39,203 nucleotides of DNA from Chthonomonadaceae bacterium (GTDB lineage: Bacteria > Armatimonadota > Chthonomonadetes > Chthonomonadales > Chthonomonadaceae): assembly GCA_035650735.1 (NCBI GenBank), contig DASRGZ010000131.1:1-39203 (forward strand). The letters are read 5' to 3'. Below are positions 18,282 to 26,856 of this stretch, piece after piece. The translations under genes were made by a program, and so were the position numbers. Position 1 is the first letter of the stretch; every line of letters begins with the position of its first letter. The notes beneath the pieces are model-generated. The model worked only from the letters and a program-made list of their open reading frames with translations. It had not been told where the DNA came from and did not search any database.

Positions 18282-19487
18282 TTACCGGATTTCTGTTAGG
18301 CAGTTTTTTTTCGGTTTTCTGCTGGCTATTACCAACCGAAGCGGTCGCAGAAGGCAGTAGAGGCCATTCAGATACGAAGGAAGCGCGCAGAGGGCACGGT
18401 CGCGGGCGTTTACTCTAAACGCCCGCTGCAAACAAAAGCGCACGTACGGAATGCGATCCTGAAGGCGCTCCCGTACGCGCAGATGGAAGGCCGTTCTTTC
18501 CATCAGTTCCCAAATACCGGGAGACGCAGAGCCCTCCTGAAACAGATGCGCGCGCACCTGCCCAGCCAGCAAGTCTACGGCAGGCTCTGTCCCGGGCCAA
18601 AGTCCGTCCGGCGCAGGTAAAGCTATCCCCAACACATCCTTGACCAGTCGCAGGCCCAGGAGCAGTATGCGCGTACTGCCTAACCGAGCCGCCTGCCGGC
18701 CAACCCATTCCCAGTTCATAGCCGGCTGAGCCCGCAACAGTTCCGCTACATCGCAGATCCACGCTAACCGTTCCCAGCAGTGTCTGGCTCCATGCATACA
18801 TAAGTACAACAGGAGGTCTTCGGGCGCAAAGTGGTGTACGCTGCTCTCGACAAAGGAAAGGCACTCTAAGCGGTTCCACAAACCTTCGCCCGCAAGCGGA
18901 AAGGGAAAATACCATTTGCTGAGGTCCCAGTGCAGCTCCACGCAGGCCCTGCCCTCCGGGCCCATAAAGGCATAGGCGCCGTCCTCATGAAGCTTTTCCT
19001 GGTAGCCCTGATTGAGAAGTAAGGACCTAGCCACCAGGGCCGATTGCCTGGGCACTAAGATATCCAAATCGCCGCCCTGCCGCAAGGCTACGTTGCCGTA
19101 GATCTGAGCCGCGAGAAGTGGCCCCTTGAACGGAACCGCAGGAACGCCGTGCGCTTCGAACAGAGCTAGGAGCCGAAGCAGTTCTTGGGCGAGGCAACGG
19201 CTACGGCGTGCATTGGCTTCAAAATGATCGCGCAGATCCTCAAGGGTGGCTTGCGGCACCGCCTCCGGGCAGACAGCGTTTAAATTCTGATAGAGCAACG
19301 GCAAGATGCCATGCCGGATCGCCCCTAAGATGACATCGAGCCAATTCAACTTGCACTGTAATAATGCCCGGATGCGCTCGGCGGTTTCCGCGTCCACCTG
19401 GGTTCGGGCACAACATACAAGCAGGGCGGCTTCCGGACGCAGACAGGCGCCTGGAGCTACGAAGGAGTACGGGAGGCGGCTGTTCAT
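18282..19487 (-). CDS. Nucleotidyltransferase, NTP_transf_5 type (as in paeninodin/pseudomycoidin-type clusters)
   Basis: FKGPLLA..YG...LR.GGDLDILV catalytic motif, VELHW, LCMHGARH.W.RL.WICD. Confidence 0.85.
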   Translation of the reverse strand: MNSRLPYSFVAPGACLRPEAALLVCCARTQVDAETAERIRALLQCKLNWLDVILGAIRHGILPLLYQNLNAVCPEAVPQATLEDLRDHFEANARRSRCLAQELLRLLALFEAHGVPAVPFKGPLLAAQIYGNVALRQGGDLDILVPRQSALVARSLLLNQGYQEKLHEDGAYAFMGPEGRACVELHWDLSKWYFPFPLAGEGLWNRLECLSFVESSVHHFAPEDLLLYLCMHGARHCWERLAWICDVAELLRAQPAMNWEWVGRQAARLGSTRILLLGLRLVKDVLGIALPAPDGLWPGTEPAVDLLAGQVRAHLFQEGSASPGIWELMERTAFHLRVRERLQDRIPYVRFCLQRAFRVNARDRALCALPSYLNGLYCLLRPLRLVIASRKPKKNCLTEIR

Positions 19488-19528
19488 TTCGGTCAGCCCT
19501 TGTCTTCTTAAGCGGCCCAGGTGTCTGT

Positions 19529-20512
19529 TCAGGCGACAAGATCCGCTAACAGCCTGGGAGTAGTATCGAAATCACGGCCTGTCTCTAGCCGGTAGCAGGG
19601 TGTCGTGCGAACAAGCTCTGCCAATATGTCCAGGTGGGACTGGCAGGAACAGCGCTCGGTCAGCAGAATGTTGGGGGCGAGTTCCAAAAGCGCTTCACCC
19701 GGGCTCATCCGTTTGAGAAGGCTTGCTTGCTTGGCGGAGATCTGAGGGAAAACAACGACCGCCGGCCGACACTCGCGGACAAATTTAACATCGTAGACTT
19801 CTTCGACCAGGAGGGGATGCTTTGGCCACCCGACGGGACGGCGGCATCGCCTCTGAGAGGTAAGCTCTGGGAAGAAGCCTGCCGTTTCCTCCGTGATGTC
19901 AACCTCATCCGGGAAGGCGAGCATACGAATGCCCCCTGAATCCTGGCTTAGAAAAATCTGATCATCTCCGAGAAAATCAAAACCGGCGCGCAATAAAGCC
20001 AGAGTTAAGGTGGATTTCCCTGCTCCACTGGTGCCGGGCAGGAGGATGCCCTTATTCTGGAGGCATAAGCCCGCCGCATGCAGGCTGTAGCGCTGATGCC
20101 GCTTGCAGAGTTCGAGGAGCGGTAACGTGAACAGCGGGTGGGAGACGAGCCATACCTCCTGTTCCCGGTACGGGCGAAAGGCGATGTGGGTTCGGCCTTT
20201 CTCAGGATCACAGACACACCGCACGTTATCTCCGTAGCGGATATAAAGCTGGTCTGCCGTAGCGCTATAGACGACTTCTCCCATCTTCAAGTCGTAAACG
20301 GGGCGTAACGGTCCCGGTGGCTTTGTAATAGGAAGGTCGCTTTCCTGGGAGACTCGCTCTAGAACAAAGCACAGCTCGGCAAGAGGTTCCCTCAGGATCC
20401 TAAAATGCCGCAATCTCCTCTGCAAAGCGGCCAATACGGAGGCATCATTACTGCGGATTTGGAAAGCCAGGCCATGGAAAGCATAATGGTGAGTGCTGTA
20501 GGGAATACTCAT
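19529..20512 (-). CDS. HPr-kinase-like peptide kinase (lasso-peptide kinase family)
   Basis: LHAAGL catalytic His, Walker A GTSGAGKST, LGDD motif; ATGA overlap with the B2 gene. Confidence 0.85.
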   Translation of the reverse strand: MSIPYSTHHYAFHGLAFQIRSNDASVLAALQRRLRHFRILREPLAELCFVLERVSQESDLPITKPPGPLRPVYDLKMGEVVYSATADQLYIRYGDNVRCVCDPEKGRTHIAFRPYREQEVWLVSHPLFTLPLLELCKRHQRYSLHAAGLCLQNKGILLPGTSGAGKSTLTLALLRAGFDFLGDDQIFLSQDSGGIRMLAFPDEVDITEETAGFFPELTSQRRCRRPVGWPKHPLLVEEVYDVKFVRECRPAVVVFPQISAKQASLLKRMSPGEALLELAPNILLTERCSCQSHLDILAELVRTTPCYRLETGRDFDTTPRLLADLVA

Positions 20513-21018
20513 CCGCTGGGTGCCTGTTCCGATGGTGTGGTTTCTATGCTATTCACAATGGTTGTCCTGTGTGGCAGACGATAGACCTCGGCGAAAAGCA
20601 GGCGGGGATCCTTTCGCTCCAGATAAGGCTCCCCCGCAAGGATCAGCCAGCAATGGCCAACAAACTCATCTTTCACCTTGCCCATTCCGAAACAGAGAGT
20701 GACATCCAGCCCGGCTCTGTGGAGGAAATAGTACAGGGTCACGCCGCGCGTCAGACAGCCCGGACGAATGAGGGGCGTACCGATCCGGAGCGCCATGTCC
20801 ACATAGCGAACAATTCGCTGGATTCGATCCCGTCTCGGAGCAGCGCGGGGAGGCTTTGCCTCCAGCAGGACGGCCAGTTTAGACAGCTTCAGCCGCAGAA
20901 GCATCGGGACTAGGGCTGCGAAGCAGAAGATAGAAACGAAGAGGAGGAGGTTGTGTAGCCTATTCCGTTGCCGCAGGATCGCAAAGACGCTAGGGTTCCA
21001 GGACCACCAGGTTCTCAT
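20509..21018 (-). CDS. Lasso-type B2 leader peptidase (transglutaminase-like Cys protease)
   Basis: GCLTRG (catalytic Cys), LCFGM and GHCW (catalytic His); overlaps the RRE gene. Confidence 0.88.
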   Translation of the reverse strand: MRTWWSWNPSVFAILRQRNRLHNLLLFVSIFCFAALVPMLLRLKLSKLAVLLEAKPPRAAPRRDRIQRIVRYVDMALRIGTPLIRPGCLTRGVTLYYFLHRAGLDVTLCFGMGKVKDEFVGHCWLILAGEPYLERKDPRLLFAEVYRLPHRTTIVNSIETTPSEQAPSG

Positions 21019-21268
21019 GGGCCAGGTCCTCCAACAACTCGATCACATCGGCCTGGATAGTGGCGGCGGGCGCCTCGTACTCCTGGCAGAGAAGGGATAT
21101 GATCTCCGAGACAGGGCAAGTGCCATCGCAGCACTCCCAGATACGGCCGCCTACCTCGTCGAGAGCATAATACTGCCCGTTCTCCAGGTTGAAGAGCACA
21201 AAGTCCTCTGCGGCCCGCTGCTTGAGAATATCCTCTCGGCGGCGTGGGTGACTGGTGAGAGCGATCAT
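20990..21268 (-). CDS. PqqD-family RiPP recognition element (lasso B1)
   Basis: VLFNLENGQYYALDEVGGRIWE..DG...SEII..L..EYE......ADV..LL.DL...NLV; GAGGAG SD. Confidence 0.92.
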   Translation of the reverse strand: MIALTSHPRRREDILKQRAAEDFVLFNLENGQYYALDEVGGRIWECCDGTCPVSEIISLLCQEYEAPAATIQADVIELLEDLAHENLVVLEP

Positions 21269-21315
21269 CTATGCATGGGCTCCTCTTGATGATTTCCGAA
21301 TTGTCCCCTTGTATA

Positions 21316-21361
21316 GCAGCAGAGAACTTTCCAGGTGAGAAATCTGGTAGTTCCCTGCTGC
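21316..21361 (-). terminator. Stem-loop between precursor and RRE genes (mRNA stabiliser or attenuator)
   Basis: On the minus strand GCAGCAGGGAACT pairs with AGTTCTCTGCTGC (13 bp, one G-U), with an inner CCAG/CTGG stem. Confidence 0.65.
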
Positions 21362-21390
21362 CGTTTCTGATCTAGTTGTGCCAGTCCACC

Positions 21391-21477
21391 CTATTGAGGG
21401 ACTGAAAACCGAGTGAGCTGGCGAAGCAGTCCCAACCGTTTCAAGCGCGGCTTCACATAGGCTTTCTTGACAGGCAT
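21391..21477 (-). CDS. RiPP precursor peptide, 28 aa, MPVKKAYVKPRLKRLGLLRQLTRFSVPQ (lasso-type leader + 5-aa core); absent from the ORF track
   Basis: Hand translation. AAAGGAG SD 9 nt upstream; exact YxxPxLxxxGxxxxxT leader motif; lies directly upstream of the RRE and B2 genes. Confidence 0.88.
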   Translation of the reverse strand: MPVKKAYVKPRLKRLGLLRQLTRFSVPQ

Positions 21478-21704
21478 AGAATTGTTCTCCTTTCTGGCGA
21501 TTGAGATGATTGGCGGTCGATGATATCCGTGTGATCAACCGGTTGCTGCTTCAGAACACAGAGGAATTGCTGGGTAAGGAATGGGGAAGGCCCCGGAGTA
21601 GATCAAAACGCCTGAAATGAACATGCCAACAACGGTTAAGATGCTGGCAATCGGTTGGCAACAGCTAGCTTGAGGATCATGACGATCCGACAATTGTGCT
21701 GGCT

Positions 21705-21721
21705 TGCAGAAAGCGTGCCAA
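21705..21721 (-). promoter_or_regulatory. Candidate sigma54 (-24/-12) promoter for the RiPP cassette
   Basis: Minus strand reads TTGGCACGCTTTCTGCA versus TGGCACG-N4-TTGCA; GG-N10-GC spacing is exact. Confidence 0.65.
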
Positions 21722-21760
21722 CTATTCAAGAGCGAAACAATTTTTAATGTTTTTCAGGGT

Positions 21761-21930
21761 GTTGCCTATTTCGTACTGCCTCTGCTGGCTAAGAACAAGA
21801 TCAAGGGCATCCTGGGGATCTTTCACCGTGGGGAACGGGAGCCCAGCAGGGAATGGCTGGAGAGGAGCCAGAACAGGCTAACGATCTGCGTGAGGCGGCC
21901 TGAAGGCTTTCCGACCGCTGCTCCGGTAGG
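21761..21930 (+). pseudogene. Degenerate, internally deleted duplicate of the 16716-18035 HD-GYP gene 3' part
   Basis: 21761-21862 resembles 17247-17348 (VAYFV.PLLAKN..KG.L.IFHRGE.EPSREWLE). 21863-21930 resembles 17994-18062 (gene end and 3' flank). Confidence 0.85.
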
Positions 21931-21983
21931 GTTTCTCTCGGCCTGTAGACTTCGTCACTGTAAGGCAGGGCTTGCGCGCCTCG

Positions 21984-22847
21984 TTACGGAGACGGTTGCT
22001 CGACACGAGGCCGAGCATAACGAAAATCGGCACGGGGACCAGAGAGTTCCAGGCCGGGCAGCGTGCGTTCGGCCAAATCAAACGTTTCTTCTACCAGGCA
22101 TCGGACGCTCTCGGCGGCTTCGACAGGCGGGACACGAAAGAGACGTTGTATCCGTCCTGGCGTGTCAGGGGGCTGTAGCAGGAAGCTCTGCAAGGTATGG
22201 CTCATCCATTTCAGCTCCGGATAGTACTCCCGGTTGATACCGCACAGGGCGCCGAAGATACCCCGCACGGACTCGGTGAGCGCACAGGCGAACAGGAGCA
22301 GATCGTCGCGCTCTATGTAGGCGGACATATAATCCCAGGGCGGCAGGTCTAGCCAACGACGCACCATAGCATAGGCCAGGGCCTCTGGATACAAGCCGGT
22401 CTTTTCTCGCCAAGCGCTGAGCAAAGCCTGGCCGTAGAGAGGAAGGCCATGCCGAGCCACGTAGACGAGCCCTTGTCTTGCTTCGTCGGCGTCGGCATTG
22501 TCTACCACACTCGCCAATACACGTTCCATGCCCGCGACCGTCATGTGGCGCATATCTACCTTCAGGCTGGAGACCGCGTATTCTTCGAACTACACGTCCT
22601 CCGTCTCTGGATCAAAGGGATCAAGTACCCAGTCTTGTCCGCCCGCCTGTAGCATGAGAGTCGCATGGACAGAAGGTGACGGCAAGGCGCGCCAGAAGAC
22701 GCCGATTTCCACGTCCGAGAAGCGATCCGCGCATCCTCGCGCTACGGAGCCTCCCACGAGGATAGCTTCGACATCCGGGTGTTGCGCGTACCACGCCGCC
22801 ATGTTTTGCGCCTGGGCCAGGCGCCACGCGCTTTGTTCGTTGTGCAT
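21984..22847 (-). pseudogene. Pol-beta-type nucleotidyltransferase-domain protein interrupted by one in-frame TAG at 22590-22592
   Basis: GGSVARGCADRFSDVEIGVFW motif. The two ORF pieces share a frame and read ...PETEDV*FEEYAVSSLKVDMRH...; SD precedes ATG 22847. Confidence 0.8.
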
Positions 22848-22921
22848 ACCTTCTTTCTCGCCTGCGAAAGCCAATTTGCTAAGCTAATCTAGCGGAGCCT
22901 GGTATGCCGGCCAGTTCCTGG

Positions 22922-24043
22922 TTATTCTCTGTTCCGCACCACGCGGATGAAGTGGTCGGCCATCGCGACGCTAATCTGGGAGGCTGCCATCAATCGGCGC
23001 GAAGGCATGTGGCAGCCGATACAGTGTTCCTTCGGGCTCACGGGACATGGTTTGATCGCCACCGATTGTAACGGCGCGGGACGGTGGGAGGAGGGCGTTC
23101 CGGAGTGGCAATTCAGACAGACGGCTTCGTAGGCTTTCTGGTTGGTGCTGACGTTGGTGTGCGGGTCGTGGCAGGTAATACAGGAAAGCGTCTCTTTGCT
23201 CTGCTTGAAGCACCGGCTCTGCGCCAATCCATAGGCTTGAAAGCGATGGGTTGCGTCTTTTTGCAAGTTTTTCTTCCGGACGTCCTGCTCCGTCAGGTGG
23301 CATCGGCCACATAGCGTGTTGATGCGGGAGGCAGGCCAGGTTTCCAGCTTTGCCATTTGCCCCTGGTCATACTTGCCCGCGCTCATGGCCGCGATATGGG
23401 CGCTGCCTGGACCATGGCAGGCTTCGCATCCGACCCCGAAAAAGCGCTCTTCCGGCTCCAGGCTATCGGCGGGAATCGTGACAGCATGGCAAAGAACACA
23501 TTGCCGCGCGAAAGCTCCCGTGCGTACCATGCCCATCGAGTTGGCAGGCAGTTTTTCGTGCCCCGGCGTGATATACCACCTCTTTTGATGCGGAAAGTAG
23601 CTCATCCGCATTTCCGCTATCGCCGCGCTGCCCAGAGGCGTCACGTAGGTCATCCCGGTCTTTCCGGAGCCGAGCGCGTATTCCAGCGGTGGGAGATTGC
23701 CGGACTGGGAGGCGACGCCTATCCCGAAGCGGCCATTCTTCTCCTTCATGGTCAGCGGGGAATGGGGAATTGGCCCGGACGGCGGTGCTAAATCCCCCAG
23801 GCTCTGGCGCGACATGCGGTGAAACGTCAGCGCATGGTGGCTGCGGTGCTGGCTGTTATACTCGTTCTGGTGGCATGGCGCGCAGGCGTCACTACCGACA
23901 AAATCCGGGGGGCGCACGATCTGCTGTACCCTCGCCTGCGCAGCAGACGGCACTCTCTGGCTGCATCCAGCCGCCAGAGCCAATCCGACGGAGGCGGCCA
24001 GCAGTCCGCTTACCATAAAACGTAGGCCCAAGAGATTCCCCAT
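22922..24043 (-). CDS. Multiheme c-type cytochrome lipoprotein (7 CxxCH)
   Basis: Lipobox LAAGC; CAPCH, CVLCH, CEACH, CGRCH, CITCH, CLNCH and CIGCH; GVGCEACHGPGSAH c554-like motif. Start uncertain (24043 or 24079). Confidence 0.88.
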   Translation of the reverse strand: MGNLLGLRFMVSGLLAASVGLALAAGCSQRVPSAAQARVQQIVRPPDFVGSDACAPCHQNEYNSQHRSHHALTFHRMSRQSLGDLAPPSGPIPHSPLTMKEKNGRFGIGVASQSGNLPPLEYALGSGKTGMTYVTPLGSAAIAEMRMSYFPHQKRWYITPGHEKLPANSMGMVRTGAFARQCVLCHAVTIPADSLEPEERFFGVGCEACHGPGSAHIAAMSAGKYDQGQMAKLETWPASRINTLCGRCHLTEQDVRKKNLQKDATHRFQAYGLAQSRCFKQSKETLSCITCHDPHTNVSTNQKAYEAVCLNCHSGTPSSHRPAPLQSVAIKPCPVSPKEHCIGCHMPSRRLMAASQISVAMADHFIRVVRNRE

Positions 24044-24440
24044 GTGTGCCCTCGTTGGGTTCTGAAGCAGGATACGCAATAAGCTGCCGGACTATTCTTC
24101 CTAGCCATAGGGCGAGCCCTCCTTCAGGGTCTGCCTTCTTAATTCCGGCTCACGCCTCCTCTCTCCTCCCAAACTGCCGCATCTCTTCCTTGACTCAGAA
24201 AATGGGCCGTCCTCTCAGAGAGAGGCAGGCCCATATCGAAACGGCGCAAAATCGTCATGTAACGTTTACCGGCATGTTGTCCTGTTGTAACCTGGAGCGG
24301 TTATCCTTAAGCAACAACGGCTCGCATAAAGGCAGCCCTTTATCCGAGTTTATTGCACAAGCCTTGCCCTACCGGGCAAGAGCGCTCCGGTCTGTTTTGG
24401 GCGGCTGCGCCGCCCCTGCATCCATGAAGGAGAGAAAGCA

Positions 24441-25241
24441 ATGCACAAACGACTGCACGTCTGGATACTGTTAATGGCTTTGCCGGGTCTGATCCTGACA
24501 GGGATCGCACAGGCGCACGCTCAATACTCCGACTCGATGGGCGGCAGCTTTAATAACCCAATCTCCAGCAGTCTATCCAGTCAGATCTGGGGAAATCTCC
24601 AGATGCAGCAAAACCTGAATATGCAGCGCATGCTGATGCAGCGACGGCGACAGGTGGCGCCGCAGATCCGCACGGAGCCGACGCCTTCCCGTTCCACTGC
24701 GACCGCGCCACAGGCCACCACGACGTTCCGCCCTGTTGCGCCCCAACTGATGCCCAGGCAATTGGCCGCCATGATGGGCAAAACGCCCTCGCAACGTCAG
24801 CAGCTAGAGCAACTGTTGGCGATCTGCCTGAAGCTATTCGATTATCTGGAGAAAAAGCAGGAGCCCGCGCACAAAGTGGTTCCGCATGACGTGGCTTGCT
24901 CCTTGAGCTATTACCTTGCGGCCAACTACGAAGTCTACACGCAAAAAGAGGTGACGCCCCGCCAGTACGAAGCGCTCTGCGTCCTGACCCGCTCCCTGTT
25001 ACGGCAGTATCCGTCGTTCCAATCGCTGAGCAATCGGCAGCGGCAGCAGCTGCACGAGAGCTTCGCTATCCTGGGCTCGTTGCCGGCCCTGGCGGCCTAC
25101 GAAGAGGCCGCGAAGCATAACAACAAGCAACAGCTGGAGGCCGCGCGTCAGCTAGCACTCAAGAACCTGCAAAACCTGGGTCTTTCGCCGGAAACGATGC
25201 AGATTACGGATACAGGACTGGAGATCCGGCAGACGGAGTAG
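24441..25241 (+). CDS. Secreted helical protein (resembles DUF6683 family)
   Basis: AAGGAG SD, signal peptide ending AHA|Q, DVA.SL.YY...NY and SN.QRQQL.E motifs. Family assignment is from recall only. Confidence 0.7.
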   Translation: MHKRLHVWILLMALPGLILTGIAQAHAQYSDSMGGSFNNPISSSLSSQIWGNLQMQQNLNMQRMLMQRRRQVAPQIRTEPTPSRSTATAPQATTTFRPVAPQLMPRQLAAMMGKTPSQRQQLEQLLAICLKLFDYLEKKQEPAHKVVPHDVACSLSYYLAANYEVYTQKEVTPRQYEALCVLTRSLLRQYPSFQSLSNRQRQQLHESFAILGSLPALAAYEEAAKHNNKQQLEAARQLALKNLQNLGLSPETMQITDTGLEIRQTE

Positions 25242-25264
25242 TGAAGGGGCTTTCCCTCGATTTT

Positions 25265-25293
25265 CGGGCCGGGTACGTTCGATACCCGGCCCG
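25265..25293. terminator. GC-rich hairpin between convergent genes
   Basis: Perfect 11-bp stem CGGGCCGGGTA / TACCCGGCCCG; no clear U tract. Confidence 0.4.
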
Positions 25294-25439
25294 GAAGAGT
25301 TAATCTCGGCTTGGCAGAGAAAGCGTCATGTGAGCGCCGTCCTGAGCAGAGGCCGTTTCACGCCGAAACAAGACCGAACTCTATGGACGGCTCACACGTT
25401 CGCCGCAAGCCAAATTTTGATACTCCTTGCTGCTCAAGC

Positions 25440-25637
25440 TTAATATAACATCGGACTGTCATATAGGTCCAGAGGTCTATTCTCCTCGGACTTCTGCACC
25501 TGACCTAACCGTTGCATAAGCAATCGCTCATAGAGTAAATTCACGATATGCTGCTCAGGAGGAATACCTTCCCGCGCTGCCTGAGCCTCACAGAGCCGCA
25601 GCAGACTCTCAGGCAGGCGTATCGTTCGCTCTGTCAT
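25440..25637 (-). CDS. Small ribbon-helix-helix (CopG/antitoxin-like) protein
   Basis: GGAGG SD; TIRLPESL..L....AAREGI RHH-like pattern. Confidence 0.6.
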   Translation of the reverse strand: MTERTIRLPESLLRLCEAQAAREGIPPEQHIVNLLYERLLMQRLGQVQKSEENRPLDLYDSPMLY

Positions 25638-25734
25638 GCCCCTCCCTCCTTCCTGCGTAGTGTCCTGGTTGTTAGACGAGGAAAGTGCCGTAAAATGCTC
25701 ACCGATTTTTAGTTAGGCTCAACGTACTGCGCGG

Positions 25735-26856
25735 TCAGGACTTTGTTCGGTAGATGCGGATGAAGTGGTCTGGCATGGTCGTGGAGACCTTTGTATCGGC
25801 GAATACCTTTCGCCGGGGCATGTGGCAGCCAATACATCCGCTGTGCGCGTTTACCGGGCAGGTTTTGCCCTGGACAGTTCTCGTAGCGCTTGCCGTCCTT
25901 GCCGATTGTGCGGGGGAATGACATCCCAGGCACGCCGCCTCATAGGTCCTCCGGTCGGTGCTAGCGTTGGTGTGGGGGTTGTGGCAAGTCAGGCAGGAGA
26001 GCGTATCGTGGCTGTTTTGGAAACAGGCGCTTTTCATGAGGCCGTAGGCTTGAAAGCGGTGCGTGCTGCTAACGGAGGTAACGGTGGGCGTGGTAACGTC
26101 CTGGGCGGTACGGTGGCAGCGTCCGCAGAGCTCATTGATGCGCGTGGCCGACCAGGAACCGATCTGTTCCGTGTAGAGATGGGCGCGGTCTCCGGCACGC
26201 ATGGCGGCAACGTGGGCGCTTCCGGGGCCGTGGCAGGACTCACAGCCGACGCCGAAAAACTGCTTTTCCGGCATCAGGGAGTTGTCGGGCAGCGCGGTCG
26301 CATGGCAGAGAAGGCATCGGCGCGCAGTGGCGCCGCGATAGGTCACCCCGATCCCATAGTCTGGGGCATTCTCCTGCCCCGGCGTGACATACCACTTGCG
26401 CTCATGGGGAAAATAACTTGTGTGAACTTCCGCCAGCGTATCGTCGCTGACGATGGCTACGTAGGTCATCCCGGTCTTGCCGGAGCCAAAGGCCAGATCT
26501 AACGGTGACAGGCTCTCCGGCTGCCCGGTGATCTCGACCCCAAACCCTTCCCCCAAACGTTTGATAGTGACCCAGGTATTTGCGACAGAGCCAACCGGCG
26601 GAGCCAGCGATCCCAAGCTGGGGCGATTCATGGCGCGTAGGGTCAGGGCATGGCGGCTTGCGCGGTGGCTATTGAACTCCGCCTGGTGGCACTCTCCACA
26701 GACGGCATTGCCCACGTAGCTCACTGTGGCAGGCGCGACCACTACCTGCGGCCTGGCGGCAGGCACGCGTTGCGCGCACCCTGCCGCTAAAAGCAGCGCT
26801 GCCGTCGCCAGCGCACAAGTTCCGAGGAGACAGCGTATCGCAAAGCGCTCGGGCAT
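25735..26856 (-). CDS. Multiheme c-type cytochrome lipoprotein (7 CxxCH), paralog of 22922-24043
   Basis: Start revised to ATG 26856 (MPERFAIR...LAAGC lipobox); CGECH, CLLCH, CESCH, CGRCH, CLTCH, CLGCH and CIGCH. Confidence 0.88.
   Translation of the reverse strand: MPERFAIRCLLGTCALATAALLLAAGCAQRVPAARPQVVVAPATVSYVGNAVCGECHQAEFNSHRASRHALTLRAMNRPSLGSLAPPVGSVANTWVTIKRLGEGFGVEITGQPESLSPLDLAFGSGKTGMTYVAIVSDDTLAEVHTSYFPHERKWYVTPGQENAPDYGIGVTYRGATARRCLLCHATALPDNSLMPEKQFFGVGCESCHGPGSAHVAAMRAGDRAHLYTEQIGSWSATRINELCGRCHRTAQDVTTPTVTSVSSTHRFQAYGLMKSACFQNSHDTLSCLTCHNPHTNASTDRRTYEAACLGCHSPAQSARTASATRTVQGKTCPVNAHSGCIGCHMPRRKVFADTKVSTTMPDHFIRIYRTKS

Noticed and set aside
21265..21390. Read-through of the precursor TAG giving a longer core (frame stays open to a TGA overlapping the RRE start)
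   Set aside because: The first acidic residue would be at core position 13, outside the lasso 7-9 range, and the region is occupied by a strong RNA hairpin. It is not fully excluded without homologs.
18282..21477. Calling the cassette a conventional lasso peptide cluster
   Set aside because: There is no cyclase gene in the window, and the core has 5 residues with no Asp/Glu acceptor.
21269..21538. 89-aa minus-strand ORF from the track as the precursor
   Set aside because: It has no SD or leader motif, and it overlaps in another frame the 28-aa ORF that has both.
21704..22237. 177-aa plus-strand ORF
   Set aside because: It is a chimera of the decayed HD-GYP duplicate and antisense of the nucleotidyltransferase pseudogene.
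22590..22592. Pyrrolysine or recoded TAG
   Set aside because: No pyl genes are in the window and TAG ends several intact genes here; a point mutation or sequencing error is simpler.
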